NCBI GenBank assembly: GCA_951406725.2
Contig: OX597822.1
Span: 74,834,001-74,898,000 of the forward strand
DNA from: Octopus vulgaris
Lineage: Eukaryota
Length of the DNA stretch: 64,000 nt
Direction of reading: 5' to 3'
The notes beneath the pieces were generated by a model, which was given only the letters and a program-made list of their open reading frames with translations, was not told the DNA's origin and did no database searches. Of this stretch, positions 1-12,779 are shown one piece after another. Made by a program: the position numbers and the translations under genes. The first letter of the stretch is position 1. The number at the start of each line of letters is the position of its first letter.

Positions 1-162
1 GGTTGGCATTAGGAAGGGCATCCAACTATAGAAGCTAAGCCAAAACAGAATTGGAACTTGGGGTAATTCTCTGGCTTGCTAGCTCCTGTCAAACTGTCCA
101 ACCCATACCAGCATGGCAAAACAGATGTTAACTGATATGTATATATCAATATTTAAAAGAGT

Positions 163-612
163 TCTATATTTAAGAGATGAGGAATTATGTACATTATTCA
201 CATTTGATGAATATTTGTCCTCATCTTGTTTGTTGTTGACATGTTTCGGCTGATATATCCTCCAGCCTTCATCAGGTGTCTTGGGGAAATTTTGAACCTG
301 GGTTCTCATTCCTAAGGTATTTTTCGATATTATTATTATTATTCAGATCACTGCCTGGAATCGAACTCGGAATCTTGGGGTTAGTAGCCTGTGCTCTTAA
401 CCACTATGCCATATGCTACTAACACCAAGATTCCAAGTCCGATTCCAGGCAGTGACATGAATAATAATAATAATAACATTGAAAAATACCTTAGGAATGA
501 GAACCCAGGTTTGAAATTTCCCCAAGAAACCTGATGAAGGCTGGAGGGTATATCAGCCAAAACGTGTTAACAAACAAGATGAGGATAAATATCCGTCAAA
601 TGTAAATAATGT
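163..612. mobile_element. Foldback element: tRNA-like head plus PLE-type tail with hammerhead-like core, duplicated in inverted orientation
   Basis: Arms at about 190-388 and 415-612 are reverse complements. The minus strand of 347-416 has pol III A/B boxes (TGGCATAGTGG; GAGTTCGATTCC). Both arms carry CTGATGA-GGCTG/CAGCC-(G/A)AAAC. A related copy lies at about 32355-32595. Confidence 0.7.
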
Positions 613-719
613 CAATATTTAATGTCCACTTTCTCCAACTAAGGCAATATTTCCTTATGGTCAGACATGTGTTCACGGAAAACTGGAAACAAAACAACGT
701 TGTTTATATGATAGTAACT

Positions 720-980
720 CAAGAATGGACATCAGACAATCTTTACAACCATGTAGCATCTAACTTGAGGCCACCAAACTTGCTAGATCTAAATCCCACG
801 GACAGCTACATTTGGAGCACTGTTGAAAGGGAGACTAATCAACATCCTCACAATACAAGTAGCATCACTGACAGCTACCTTTGTCCAGGTGATGTCTGAG
901 ATGGATAAGGACTATAGTGCAGGCGTGTCAAATATTTTGGTCTTGCACTGGACATGAAGGCAGATTCATAGAATAACCTT
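720..980 (+). pseudogene. Degenerate Tc1/mariner transposase C-terminal fragment
   Basis: RPPNLLDLNPTDSYIWSTVERETN resembles the WPPNSPDLNP.D..W motif around the third catalytic Asp. Confidence 0.7.
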
Positions 981-1429
981 ATAAGTACCAGGGAGTTTAT
1001 TTATTTGACTGAACACTCCAAGGCAGTGTTCCAGCATGGCCAACGTCCAATGACTGAAACAAGCAAAAGTAAACGACAGAGACAGACTGAGATACCCCTA
1101 AAAAATGACGGTGTAATAAGGGTGGAATGCATTAGATCACATAAGCATGGCTGTGTGGCTAGGACGCTTACTTCTCAACCACATTTCCAGGTTCAGTCCT
1201 ACTGCATGGCACCTTGGGCAAGTTCCTTCTGTTATAGCCTTGAGTTGACTGAAGCCTTGTGATTGAATTTGGTAGGCAGATGTCCCCATCATGCGTGTAC
1301 ATGTGTAAGTGGTTGTGTCTCCTAACAGAGAGGGGGAGAACTACAGTTTCCGTGGGCAAAACAAAACAACTGCTGAAAGTATTAGTAAACTGGCATTAGA
1401 CTGGTAACGAGAGCAATATAAAAGTTTAC

Positions 1430-1499
1430 CTTTGGATCGTTTTGTAGTTGGTGGTGTTATTTCTTTCTTAGACTTCCGTTTGCTTCTTGATTTCATCAC
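1430..1499 (-). CDS. Coding exon 2 of an unidentified minus-strand gene (VMKSRSKRKSKKEITPPTTKRSK, basic/NLS-like)
   Basis: Acceptor gtttttcag, 70-nt open frame, donor AAG|gtaaac. Joins in phase 0 to the ATG exon at 5695-5687. The gene continues left of the window. Confidence 0.75.
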
Positions 1500-2902
1500 C
1501 TGAAAAACATCAAACTCAAATCAGAAAATGGTTTCAGAATCTTATTTCCCTATCACATAGCTCTGGGTTCAGTCCCACTGTGTGGAATCTTGGGCAAGTG
1601 TCTTCTACTAGAGATGCAGGCTGACCAAAACCATGTGTGTGGGTTTGCTAGAAGGAAACTGAAAGAAGCCTGCCATATGTACTTGTATACATGTGTCTGT
1701 GTTTGTCCATCACAACTGCTCAACAGTTGGTGTAGGCATGTTTATGTCCCCATAACTTAGCAGTTTAGCAAAGGATACTGATGGACTAAGTACCAGGATA
1801 AAAAAAAAGACTGTGGTCAATTTATTTAGCTAAAAATTCTTCAGCCTGTTGCCCCAGCATGGCTGCAATCAAATGACTGAAACAAAGAATGATAATACAT
1901 ATATATAGGCGCAGACGTGGCTGTGTGGTAAGTAGTTTGCTTACCAGCCACATGGTTCCGGGTTCAGTCCCACTGCGTGGCACCTTGGGCAAATGTCTTT
2001 TACTATAGCCTCGACCCGACCAAAGCCTTGTGAGTGGGTTTGGTAGACGGAAACTGAGAGAAGCCCACTGTATATATATGTGTGTGTGTGTATATATATA
2101 TATACATACACATTGTTGTCTCTCTTAAAGTTTCTGAATAAACTATAATCATTGTTTAACCACTGGTTAACTCTGATCGGTCCCCTACGATCATATGCGT
2201 TCCGGTTATGAAAATCCCTTCGGTTTTCGAACAGTGTGGGTTTAAAACTTTATCCAAAGTGCCCTTTCCTCTTTTAATACAACATACCATGAGTGGCAAT
2301 TAACTACTATTTCTAGCATGCCAGAAGCCCATTCTGATAAATCAACATTTAATAGTTTCAAAAAGGCTTGATAAGTTTAACAAATTCAACTATCTTAGCA
2401 ATGCAGGTATGGATAAATGGTTAAGAAGTTCGCTTTACAATTTTTAAAAATCATAAAATTCTAGGTTCGATTCTAACTAGCATCTTAGGGTTTTAATTTA
2501 ATTTTTTGCTATACCCTCGGATCTAAGCTTTAAGTTGGTGATCCCTCGTTTTAGGGATATTCAAAAAGGCCAATTTTGTCACAAACTGTTACCCGAAAAC
2601 ATCTTAAACGATGTAGGTATCAGCGAGACACGCACATTAGAATGCAATGAATAGGCGTTTCGGTTGAGCAACTGGAATACTCGTCGAAACCGAAGGAAAG
2701 AAATCCTTTCATTTTTACCAGCTATTTAGCCTTTTGCTTAATGAATAAGAACCACTTTACACGCAGTAATACATGAATTACTCCCCTTACATAGGTACCC
2801 CCACTTTAAGTCGCACACGTTCATGCATTTAATAAATTGGCTGAAGGCATGCAAGCTACAGAATCTCATTTTCCCTGGATACATTAAAATGTAATAATAA
2901 TA

Positions 2903-3108
2903 ATCCTTTCTACTGTAGGCAAAAGACCTGAAATTTGAGTGAAAGGGGACTAGTTGATTACATCGACCTCAGTGTTTCACTGGTACTTAATTTATTTGAC
3001 CCCCGGAAGGATGAAAGGGAAAGTCGACCTCGGCGAAATTTGAACTCAGAACGTAGCTACTGGCGAATTACCGCTAAGCATTTCGCCCGGCGTGCTAACG
3101 ATTCTGCC
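2903..3108 (-). mobile_element. SINE family B (Meta-domain-like core gtcgactttgcctttcatcc...gataaattaagtaccag)
   Basis: Multi-copy in the window (also about 11067-11975, 13408-13517, 16450-16627, 25430-25870, 26298-26512, 39190-39410, 53627-53779); often adjacent to (AAT)n. Confidence 0.85.
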
Positions 3109-4336
3109 ATAATAATAACAATGATACCTACGTAAGATTATTGTATGTCTTATTGATACACAACGGCAGAAATTAGAAAGAAGAAGTAAGTCAATATCAA
3201 GCCCCAGTACTTGACAGAATAATCAAAGCTTTATCGACCTTCAAACGGAGGCAAAGTTGACCTCGGCGGGTCTGTAAATAAGAATGTGAAAAGCCGGAAC
3301 AAATACCGCAAAGCTATTTTTGTCTGACACTCTAATAATTCTGTCAGAACAGTGTTAATTTTTCCATGTTTTCATTACAAGAGCTGGAGGAATATGGTGA
3401 GATATTAGAGAATAAATCTGTTTCGCTTTGAATCCGGATGTCATTCTTGTCACTTCTCACTCCTTGCTTTTTTTTACGCGTGGCATGTTCAATGTTTTCA
3501 TCATTCTAACGAGATTTTCTGAACATTGAAAAAGACACTTCGAGGTTTCGTTTTCCGATTAGACAAACTTTGCAAACGTTGCTCAAACTTTTCAGAAAGG
3601 CCAGGATCTCGATCTCTTTGAGTTCGTATTTACTGGCGCATAATTTAGTGTCAAACCTTGATACAAAACCTATACTCTTCGGTCAATACATTAACCCTCA
3701 CACATTAACGCAAGAAAAAAAACAAAAAATAAAAAATAACCCAGGCTGCTGGGTATTAACAACTGTGTAGAAAATGAATACTCTCTTTTACTTGCTTCAG
3801 TCATTTGACCATGGCCATGCTGGAGCACCGCCTTTTAGTCGAACAAATCGACCCCAGGATTTATTCTTTGTAAGCCTAGTACTTATTCTATCGGTCTCTC
3901 TTTACCGAACCGCTAAGTTATGGGGACGTAAACACATCAGCATCGGTTGTTATAACTTTCAGGAAAATGGATATATATTGACTTTTCACCCTTTTTTTGT
4001 TTTGTTTTCGTTAACGGGTGAGGATCCTTTTATTGATCTCCCCTTCATAGTTTCAGCTTTGCCTCATGAATCAGCTGCACCCTTGTTTTTTCAATTAAAA
4101 TCAAGTATAAATAGTGCAACGACTAAACACGGTACTTGCGTAGTGGTGGACATCTTAAATGTGGCGGGAATTACATTTGCGAACTATATTCCAGATCGGT
4201 TAAGTCTTGACAGCAATACGTTAAATATAAACTAAAAATTAAAGCTACCACAAAATATCTGTTTGACCAAAAATTTTAGGTACAGTTACACGTCTACAAT
4301 ATGCAAAATGTTAATTTGAGTTTAAATAATAATAGT

Positions 4337-4735
4337 AGGCGTAGGAGTGGCTGTGTTTAAGTAGCTTGCTTACCAACCACATGGCTCCGGGTTCAGTCCT
4401 ACTGCGTGGCACCTAGGGCAAGTGTCTTCAACAATAGCCTCGGGCCGACCAAAGCCTTGCGAGTGGATTTGGTAGACGAAAACTGAAAGAAGCCTGTCGT
4501 GTATATATATATATATATATATATACATATGTGTGTATGTTTGTGTGTCTGTGTTTGTCCCCCCCCCCCCAACATCGCTTGACAACCGATGGTGGTGTGT
4601 TTACGTCCCCGTAACTTAGCGGTCGGCAAAAGAGACGTACAAGGCTTACAAAGAATAAGTCCTGGGGTCGACTAAAGGCGGTGCTCCATGCTTGGCCGCA
4701 GTTAAAATGACTGGAACAAGTAAAAGAGAGAGAGT
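4337..4735 (+). mobile_element. tRNA-derived SINE family A (octopus OK-type), near full length
   Basis: A box TGGCTGTGT(G/T), B box GGTTCAGTCC, internal (TA)/(TG) tract, tail ...gactgaaacaagtaaaagag. Dozens of copies or fragments occur across the window. Confidence 0.9.
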
Positions 4736-5281
4736 ATGAGATATATTAATGTTAATGGTCACGAACTAAAACTGTATAGGCAAAATCAATATATATAACA
4801 AGGGCGCTTTTTTTAAAAACACCAAAGTAAATTTCCAAAATTAGTCAAGAGGGATATATAACCGTATCAGGTACGAGCTCGTTCTTATCGGTTATCAAAG
4901 CCGGCTAACCTCAGTTAATTTAGATGAAATCCAATTACTTGAATTTACTATACTCGGTATATACTCCTGATGTTTATATATACATGCTCATTCCATTCTT
5001 CTGTTACTATTAAAAAACTCGATGGACATTTATGGATTTTCAGATATTTACTTGGTACAACAAACTATATCCAGTTTACAGTCGAGTCGTTTATAGTCTA
5101 TATCCGTGAATGAGTTTATACGGTAAAATTATATATATGTATGTATGTATGTGTCTATGTACACATACATACATATGTATATATATATATATAATGTAAT
5201 AGGAATCAAAGGGGTCCATAAGGTAAAAAATTATTGAGAACCACTGATATAGAGTCTTGTGAGTGAAAATAGATATACCCG

Positions 5282-5390
5282 TAATAAAAAGGCCTAGCTT
5301 TCTCGTGTTGATTCGGCCTGGGTATTATATATATATATATATATAATACCCAGGCCGAATCAGCACAAGAAAGATAGGCCTTTTTATTAT
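5282..5390. repeat. Palindrome with about 45-bp arms centred on (TA)n
   Basis: taataaaaaggcctagctttctcgtgttgattcggcctgggtatt versus aatacccaggccgaatcagcacaagaaagataggcctttttatta. Confidence 0.9.
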
Positions 5391-5686
5391 ATATATATAT
5401 ATATATTACACATACATGCACACACTTGCATACTTATTGCTAATGCCAAAAAGTACGAAATATGAATAAAACAAATAACCAATATAAATCGAGAGATCGC
5501 CATAAATACGACTTTAAGAGAAAAATACATATGCGTGTGAGTATAAGTTGCGTATTTCTACATAAATAAGCGTTTACATGATTGCAATTACAACAAGTGA
5601 AAGAATAGAGTGTAACCGGTAAGTTTAAAATTATTAATACACAAGCACGTGGTTTGTGTATTTATTAAGAGAAAACAATCACTTAC

Positions 5687-5695
5687 GTTGGACAT
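5687..5695 (-). CDS. First coding exon (ATG TCC AAC = MSN) of the minus-strand gene
   Basis: Minus strand reads gtcaccATGTCCAAC|gtaagt: strong Kozak context immediately followed by a consensus donor. Confidence 0.75.
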
Positions 5696-5900
5696 GGTGA
5701 CGGATTTGGTAGGAAATTTAAACGGATTACTTGAAATGTATTAACGAGAAAGGTAACAATAAAACCAGGTAATAATCATGTAGGATATAATTGAATTAAG
5801 ACCGGTGAATGTGAAATTAATTTGGAATTGACGTTTAAAATGGCGCGACGCCTGCGCCCTGGGAATGTGAGAGTTATCCTCCCTTGGATTAGTCGAACTC
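5696..5900. promoter_or_regulatory. Bidirectional promoter / 5' UTR region with YY1-type motif
   Basis: Repeat-free, CpG-retaining segment. AAAATGGCG at 5837-5845. Outward-facing GTAAGT donors at 5686-5681 (-) and 5955-5960 (+). Confidence 0.6.
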
Positions 5901-5954
5901 TTATATGAAGAAAACATCGTAAGCGAGAAAGTAGTGAGAGGAATTCTACAGATT
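5860..5954 (+). other. Putative non-coding first exon of a divergent plus-strand gene (start approximate)
   Basis: Ends at ATT|GTAAGT and is followed by intron-like TA/TG microsatellite DNA. Confidence 0.5.
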
Positions 5955-6009
5955 GTAAGTAAGGGAAACATTTTGGAAACTTTTCGTAAACTTTATAAAC
6001 TTTGGTTGT

Positions 6010-6307
6010 ACTGTATATATATGTATGTGTGTATATTTATAATTATATATGTTTATGTGTATTTATAAGTATATGTGTGGGTGTGTGTGTATTTATAAGT
6101 ATATATGTGTGTGAGTATTTATATGTATGTGTGTCTTTATAAGTATATGTATGTGTGTCTTTATAAGTATATATGTGTGTGTGTATATATAAGTATATAT
6201 ATATAGTGTGTGTATATATATAAGTATATATATATATATATAGTGTGTGTGTATATATATAGTGTGTGTGTGTATATATATAAGTATGTGTGTATATATA
6301 TAGTGTG

Positions 6308-6381
<74 letters not shown>

Positions 6382-6760
6382 GTGTGTGTGTGTATATATA
6401 TATAAGTATATATATATAGTGTGTGTGTATATATATAAGTATATATATATAGTGTGTGTATATATATAAGTATATATATATATAGTGTGTGTGTATATAT
6501 ATATATGTATATATATATAGAGTGTGTGTGTGTATATATAAGTATATATATATATATATATAGTGTGTGTGTATATATATAAAGTATATATATATATAGT
6601 GTGTGTGTATATATATAAGTATATATATATATAGTGTGTGTGTATATATATAAGTATATATATATATAGTGTGTGTGTATATATATAAGTATATATATAT
6701 ATATAGTGTGTGTGTATATATAAGTATATGTATATATAATGTGTATATAAGTATATATGG
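6010..6760. repeat. Compound (TA)n/(TG)n micro/minisatellite
   Basis: Higher-order unit aag(ta)n-g(tg)n(ta)n repeated many times. Confidence 0.95.
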
Positions 6761-7177
6761 GTTAATTACCAAATAATTATATATATATATAAAATAAGAA
6801 TTGTATACAAATATATGTACATACGCATATGTGTACGTATGTACATATTCGGATATATGATACATTGACGATATATATATATGGCTGTGTACAGAGGCGC
6901 ATTTACGTATATGTATATATGTATGTGTTTATGTGTGTATATATCTATACATATTATATACGCATGTGTGTGCGTTTGTATATACTCTTACTCTTTTACT
7001 TGTTCCAGTCATTTGACTTTAGCCATGCTGGAGCACCGCCTTTAGTCGGGCAGTCGACCCCAGGACTTATTCTATCGGTGTATTTTGCCGAACCGCTCCG
7101 TTACAGGGACGTAAACAACCAGCATCGGTTGTCAAACAATGTTGGGAGGACAGATACACACACACACATATATATAT

Positions 7178-7355
7178 GGTACTGTTTAAGAAGAGTGGTC
7201 CCGGTGCGCGCACTCACGTACTCGCGCTAGCTAGTCGTGACTAGTCGATCCTTACTTAGTGTTTTATTTACTTTGCTAGGTAGTCGTAGGATCGACTAGT
7301 TACGACTAGCAAGTCGCGAGTGCGCGCACTGGGATCACTCTTCTTAAATAGTACC
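7178..7355. mobile_element. Palindromic MITE (Merlin-like GGTACT termini) nested in a family A SINE (about 6985-7550, minus)
   Basis: TIR ggtactgtttaagaagagtggtcccggtgcgcgcactc / gagtgcgcgcactgggatcactcttcttaaatagtacc, plus an inner inverted repeat; CpG-rich, so probably young. Confidence 0.8.
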
Positions 7356-8291
7356 TTATATATATATATATGTATGTATACAAATATATACGACAGGCTT
7401 CTTTCAGTTTCCATCTACCAAATTCACTCGCAAGGTTTTGGTCGGCCCAAGGCTATATTGGAAGACACTTTTCCAAGAGCCTTGCAGTAGGACTGAACCC
7501 GGAACCATGTGGTTGGTAAACAAGCTATGTACCACACAGTCACTCCTGTGAAATATTCAAAGACTATTTAATATCTTGAGTCATAAATACTTTTTTTTTA
7601 AATACTGCAAGACTAGAAATAAATGACAAATTTTTGGAATGTTTCACTATGGCAACCATTTCCTACATTCAAGGAGACATCCACTTACGTACCAGAAATA
7701 CAATAATAATTAAGTCACAATTATTTTGAGTTATATTTAAGACTTAAAAAAAAATTTCTCCACTGTAAAAATTTTAATCTGCATTCATTCTCGCTTTCCC
7801 TTTCATCTTCTACATTCCTCTTCTGCATTTATCCTTTCCTTTTCCTCTTTTTCCGTAACATTCCTCTCCTTTCCTGTTTCATTGTTCATCATCCTCTTTC
7901 CTATTTCCATCCAACTCATCTAACATAGACCCAGAGATGGGTCTGAAAGCTGTAGCAATGTCTCATCAAAATATCTGCCATCCCTAACGGCAAAGCACAT
8001 AACATTACAATACAACCTCTTAACAAACAACAAATTTTCGTGTATATGTATGGATTTATAAATTCCTAGAAATTTTTTATATATCATATAGATAAATGCA
8101 TCTATGTATGTACCTTGTATACCATGGAGAATATGGATTGAATGACTATATATATTGGCCTTTGAATTTGTTTTCTCCTCTCCTTAATTTTATATTTTTG
8201 AGCTCTATCAGAGTGCTAATCGGTTGAGCTGTATAAAATGGATACCTTTATCACTTATTTCTTCATTGTATATATATATATATATATATAT

Positions 8292-8825
8292 ATCATCATC
8301 ATTGTTAAATGTCCGCTTTCCATGCTGGCATGGGTTGGACGGTTTTGACTGAGGATTGGTGAGCCAGAGGCTGCACCAGACTCAATCTGATCTGGCAAAG
8401 TTTCTACAGCTGGATGCCCTTCCTAATGCCAACCACTCTGAGAGTGTAGTGGGTGCTTTTACATGCCACCAGCACAAGGGCTAGTCAGGCGGTTCTGGCA
8501 ATGACCATGCTCAAAATGTGTTTTTTATGTGCACAAGAGCCAGTCCAGCAGCACTGGCAACAGCCATGCTCGAATGTTGTTTTTTATGTGCCACTAAAGC
8601 GACGCTGGCAACAATCATGCTCAAATGGTTCTTTTCACCTGCCACCGGTGTGGGAGCCAATCCGTGTTCCTGGCAATGATCACACTCTGATGTGCTTTGA
8701 ATGTTCCACTGGCGCAAGTGTCGATCAGGTGGTTCTGTCATCAGCCATGTCAGCGATTTTGATTTGTTTTCACTTGCCTTAATAGGTCTTCGCAAGCAAA
8801 GTTCATTGTTCAATGAATGAGGGGT
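8292..8825 (-). mobile_element. Family D non-autonomous retroelement (internal tandem units plus RTE-type tail ending in (ATG)n)
   Basis: Tail aacccatgccagcatggaaagcggac...gatgatga; repeated tggcacataaaaa...catt units. Confidence 0.8.
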
Positions 8826-8839
8826 GTATATATATATAT

Positions 8840-9058
8840 TAAAATTATAAATAAGGGTATCTAAGAGATACCACCATGCTTGAAATAGCAGTCAAGACCT
8901 GACTCTAAAACCACATCATGTATTCAGTGCAGTACAAAGTGAAAAGACAAATAGACATCAAAAGACAAAAAAAAAAAAAAAAAAAAAACTACTTTGAGTC
9001 AGGTTTTGACTGCTATTTCAAGCATGGTGGTATCTCTTTGACACTTTTATTCATAATT
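8840..9058. repeat. Inverted repeat with about 65-bp arms
   Basis: agagataccaccatgcttgaaatagcagtcaagacctgactc versus gagtcaggttttgactgctatttcaagcatggtggtatctct. Confidence 0.9.
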
Positions 9059-9153
9059 TCAATAATAATTATAACCCGCAAGGTTTTTTTCTTCCCATGC
9101 TGCCACTTGATTTGGTTGTTATTTAAATAACAGTCTTATCCTTATTTATATAA

Positions 9154-9190
<37 letters not shown>

Positions 9191-11049
9191 CACAGGTGTG
9201 CCTGAGTGGTAAAAAATTTGCTTCCTAACCACATGGTTCCAGGTTCAGTCCCACTGCATGGAAGAAGTTTGTTGTATATCATCATCATCATCATTGTCAT
9301 TTAACGTCTGTTTACCATGCTGGCATGGGTTGGATGGTTTGACTGGGTTGGAATGCTGCACCAGACTCCAGTCTGGTTTGGCATGGTTTTCTATGGCTGG
9401 ATGCCCTTCCTAACGCCAGCTACTCGGAGAGTGTAATGGGTGCTTTTACGTGCCACCAACACAGGTGCCAATTTGCTTGACACCGGTATCTACCATGATT
9501 GCGATTTTGCTCAGCTAGATGGCTCTTCTTCTCAAGCACAACATAATGTCAAAGGTCTCGGTCATTGCCTCTATGAGGCCCAACACTTGAAAAGAACTCA
9601 GCCACTCTGTTGTATATACATGGAACAATGGAGCAGCTTGCACATGAAATTAATGTGCAAGTGGCTGAGTACTCCACAGACATGTGTACCCTTGATGTAC
9701 TTCTCAGGGAGATTCAGCATGACACAGAGTGTAACAAGGCTGGCCCTTTGAAATACAGGTACCACTCATTTTTGCCAGCTGTGTGTGTGTGTGTGTGTTG
9801 GTTTGTTTACGTACTCATAACTTAGCAGTTTAGCAAAAGAGACTGACAGAATAAGTACCTAGCTGAAAATTAAAACAAAAAAAAAGTACTGGGGGTCAAT
9901 TCATTTGACTAAAATACTTTTCAATGTGGTGCTCCAGCATGGCCACAGTCTTATGACCAAAACTAGTCAAAGTTGTGTGTGTATCCAACTACAGTCCAAC
10001 TACTGAATCAATTACAAAAAATAACTCTACAAAACAAAAACAAACAAAACAAGAATTTGAAGCATCAAAAGAGGAAATGTCTTGTCATGTTTAACTTGGA
10101 GTCAGGGAAGATGGGATGCTTAGATGAGGTGGAGGGGGAGAGGCGTGAGAGGATTGAGCGAAGAGAATGGAGCGGAGGGAGTGTGTTGTTTGGTGTAGTT
10201 GAGACATTTATATCTTGATGGTAAAAGGAAGAAGTGTTGGGATGGGAGAGGCATGGATGGGAAGGAAAGAAGTAAAAAAGTAAGGCTGCAGAAGTGACAG
10301 TTGGTGAGAATTATATTGAGAGGAAGATAGAGAGAGAGAGAGGGGGGTATTACAAGCTGGTGTTTACTCAGTTTATATTCCAAGCTGAATGATTCCTCCT
10401 TTAGCTATATCTATGAAGCAATTCTAAGTGCTTGGTTTGTGGATGAGAGCAGGAGGAGGCTGTGTGTGTGTGAGAGAGAGAGAGAGTGTGTGTGTGTGTT
10501 TTTTGCCTGCTAGCGATTGCTTTATCTATGTTATCACTAACTGATGTTTTATGCTCCAAGAGAGAGGTTGCTGCTCAGTTTTTGTTGATGATTAATAAAG
10601 CTAACATCCGTACGCACCATATACAAATACACAACCATGTACACACACTCACACACACACACACACACACGTACGTACGTATGTTGAAAGATATTCAGAT
10701 TCCATGAGGCAATATGTTAGTAAACATGAATGTGTGTATGCAGGCGTGGCTGGGATTAAGAAGTTTGCTTCCCATACACATGGTTTAGGATTCAGTCCCC
10801 TGCATGGCATAGCATCTTGGGCAAGTGTCTTTTACTATAGCCCAGGACCAACCCAATACTTACTTGTAAGCAGATTTGATAAATAGAAACAGAAAGAGTC
10901 CTAGCTTTGTGTGTGTGTGTGTCTGTACCTGCACCTATTGCTATTTGTTTCAAATGCTTATAAGAAATTAGACTCCAATAAAAATATCTAAGAACCAGGC
11001 ATTGGCTTTTCCTTTCTCAAAATTGTGTATCTTATACCTTTCTACTTTA

Positions 11050-11985
11050 ATATTTCAAGGTATATAAGGCGGCGAGCTGGCAAAAACATTAGCATGCCTG
11101 GCAAAACGCTTTATGGTATTCTATCTGTCTTTACATTCTGAGTTCAAATTTTGCTGAGGTCAACTTTGCCTTTCATCCTTTCGGGATCGATAAATTAAGT
11201 ACCAGTCATGTACTGGGGTCGATCTAATTGACTGGACACTTCCCTAAAAATTTTGGGCCTTGTGCCTAGAGTAGAAAAGATTATTTAAGTGTGATGAGCT
11301 GGCAGAAATGCCGGGAGAAATGCTTAGTGGTATTTTGTTTGTCTTTACATTCTGAGTTCAAATTAACCTGGGCAAATGCTTACCGACATTTTGCTCGGGT
11401 TAACTTTATCTTCCATCCTTTTGCATTTGATAAGTTAAGTACCAGTTGAGCACCAGTTGAGCACCATTGAAATTGCTGGCATCGTGTCAAAATTTGAAAC
11501 CAAAATTTCAAGGTATATAAAGCAGTGAGTTGGCAGAATCGTTAGTATGCTGGTGAAAATACTTAATGGCATTTTATCTCATCTTTATGTTCTGAGTTTG
11601 GATTTCCCCAAGGTCAATTTTGCCTTTCATCCTTCGGGGACGGGGGGTGGTTGATAAAATAGGTACCAGTTATGCACTGGGGCTGATGTAATCGACTTAT
11701 TCCTTCTCTGAAAATGCTGGCTTTGTGCCAAAATTTGGAATTAATATTTCAAGGTATATAAGACACCAAACTGGGCGAAATGCTTAGCACCATTTCATCT
11801 GTCTTTATGCTCTGAGTCCAAATTCCACCAAGGTCAGTTTTGCCTGTCATCCTTTCGTGGTTGATAAAATGAGTACCAGTTGAGCACTGGTTGGGTGTGA
11901 TGGGATGTTGATGTAACTGACTTACTTCTGCCTCCAAAATTGCTGGCCTTGCGCTAAGACTTGAAACTGATATTTCAAGGTATAC
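11050..11985 (+). repeat. Head-to-tail tandem array of family B SINEs
   Basis: Four to five copies; the spacer atttcaaggtata recurs at about 11053, 11505, 11746 and 11972. Confidence 0.85.
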
Positions 11986-12779
11986 CCTGCTAGATCACTA
12001 TCACTGTTCACTCGACTTCCTTGGCTCTTTTCCTTATTCCAACTTGTGAAACCAAAACCACTGCTTACATTTTTCCACATTCTCTACACAAATTAAATTT
12101 TGTTTAATCTAGCTGTCTGTGTTTTTATCTCTTTTCTCTCTCTCTTTCTCTCTCTCTCTCCCTCTCAGGTTGTGCAAATAGTTTCATTTCTTCTTTAAAA
12201 TACCAAATTACCAAATCTATTTTGTACACACCTTTAATGAGCATAACTATTCTGCTGCTTATCACTATGACCAATCCTTCAATTTAAACCAAATGCACTT
12301 ATTTCTTATGAGTAATCCACATATATTGCTGGAAAACTCAAGATGCCACAAATGTGTGTGTGTATGTGTGAAGGTGCGTGGCTTAGTGGTTAGGGCATTT
12401 GGCTCACGATAATAAGGTCATGAGTTCAATTCCCAGTGATGCATTGTGTCCTTGAGCAAGACCCTTTATTTCACGTTGCTCCAGTCCACTCAACTGGTAA
12501 AAATGAATGACACCTGTAATTCAAAGGGCCAGCCTTGTCATTCTCCATCACACTGAATCTCCCTGAGAACTACATTAAGGGTACAAGTCTCTGTGGAGTA
12601 CTCAGCCACATGCACATTAATTTCACAAGCAAGCTGTTCCGTTGATTGCATCAGCTGGAACCATCGTTGTCATAACCAATGTAGTGCTCCTATATATATA
12701 TATATATATATATATATGTCAATCATCTTCATCATTTAACATCCACTTTCCATGCTGGCATGGGTTGGATAGCTTATGC

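Noticed and set aside
347-416. tRNA gene (likewise the SINE heads at 13558, 47300-47375 and 55040-55112)
   Set aside because: A/B boxes are present but there is no proper acceptor stem or cloverleaf; these are SINE heads.
3774-4235. 153-aa ORF
   Set aside because: The first third is an antisense SINE; the remainder has no recognisable homology and lies antisense within the minus-strand gene's intron.
6210-7230. Long Y/I/V/C/H/T-rich ORFs (also at 27695-28222 and 57194-57840)
   Set aside because: These are translations of (TA)/(TG) microsatellites.
7915-7960. Hairpin AGACCC/GGGTCT followed by GAAA, hammerhead-like
   Set aside because: The CUGANGA box is absent (ctaacat) and there is no stem I; at most a dead relic.
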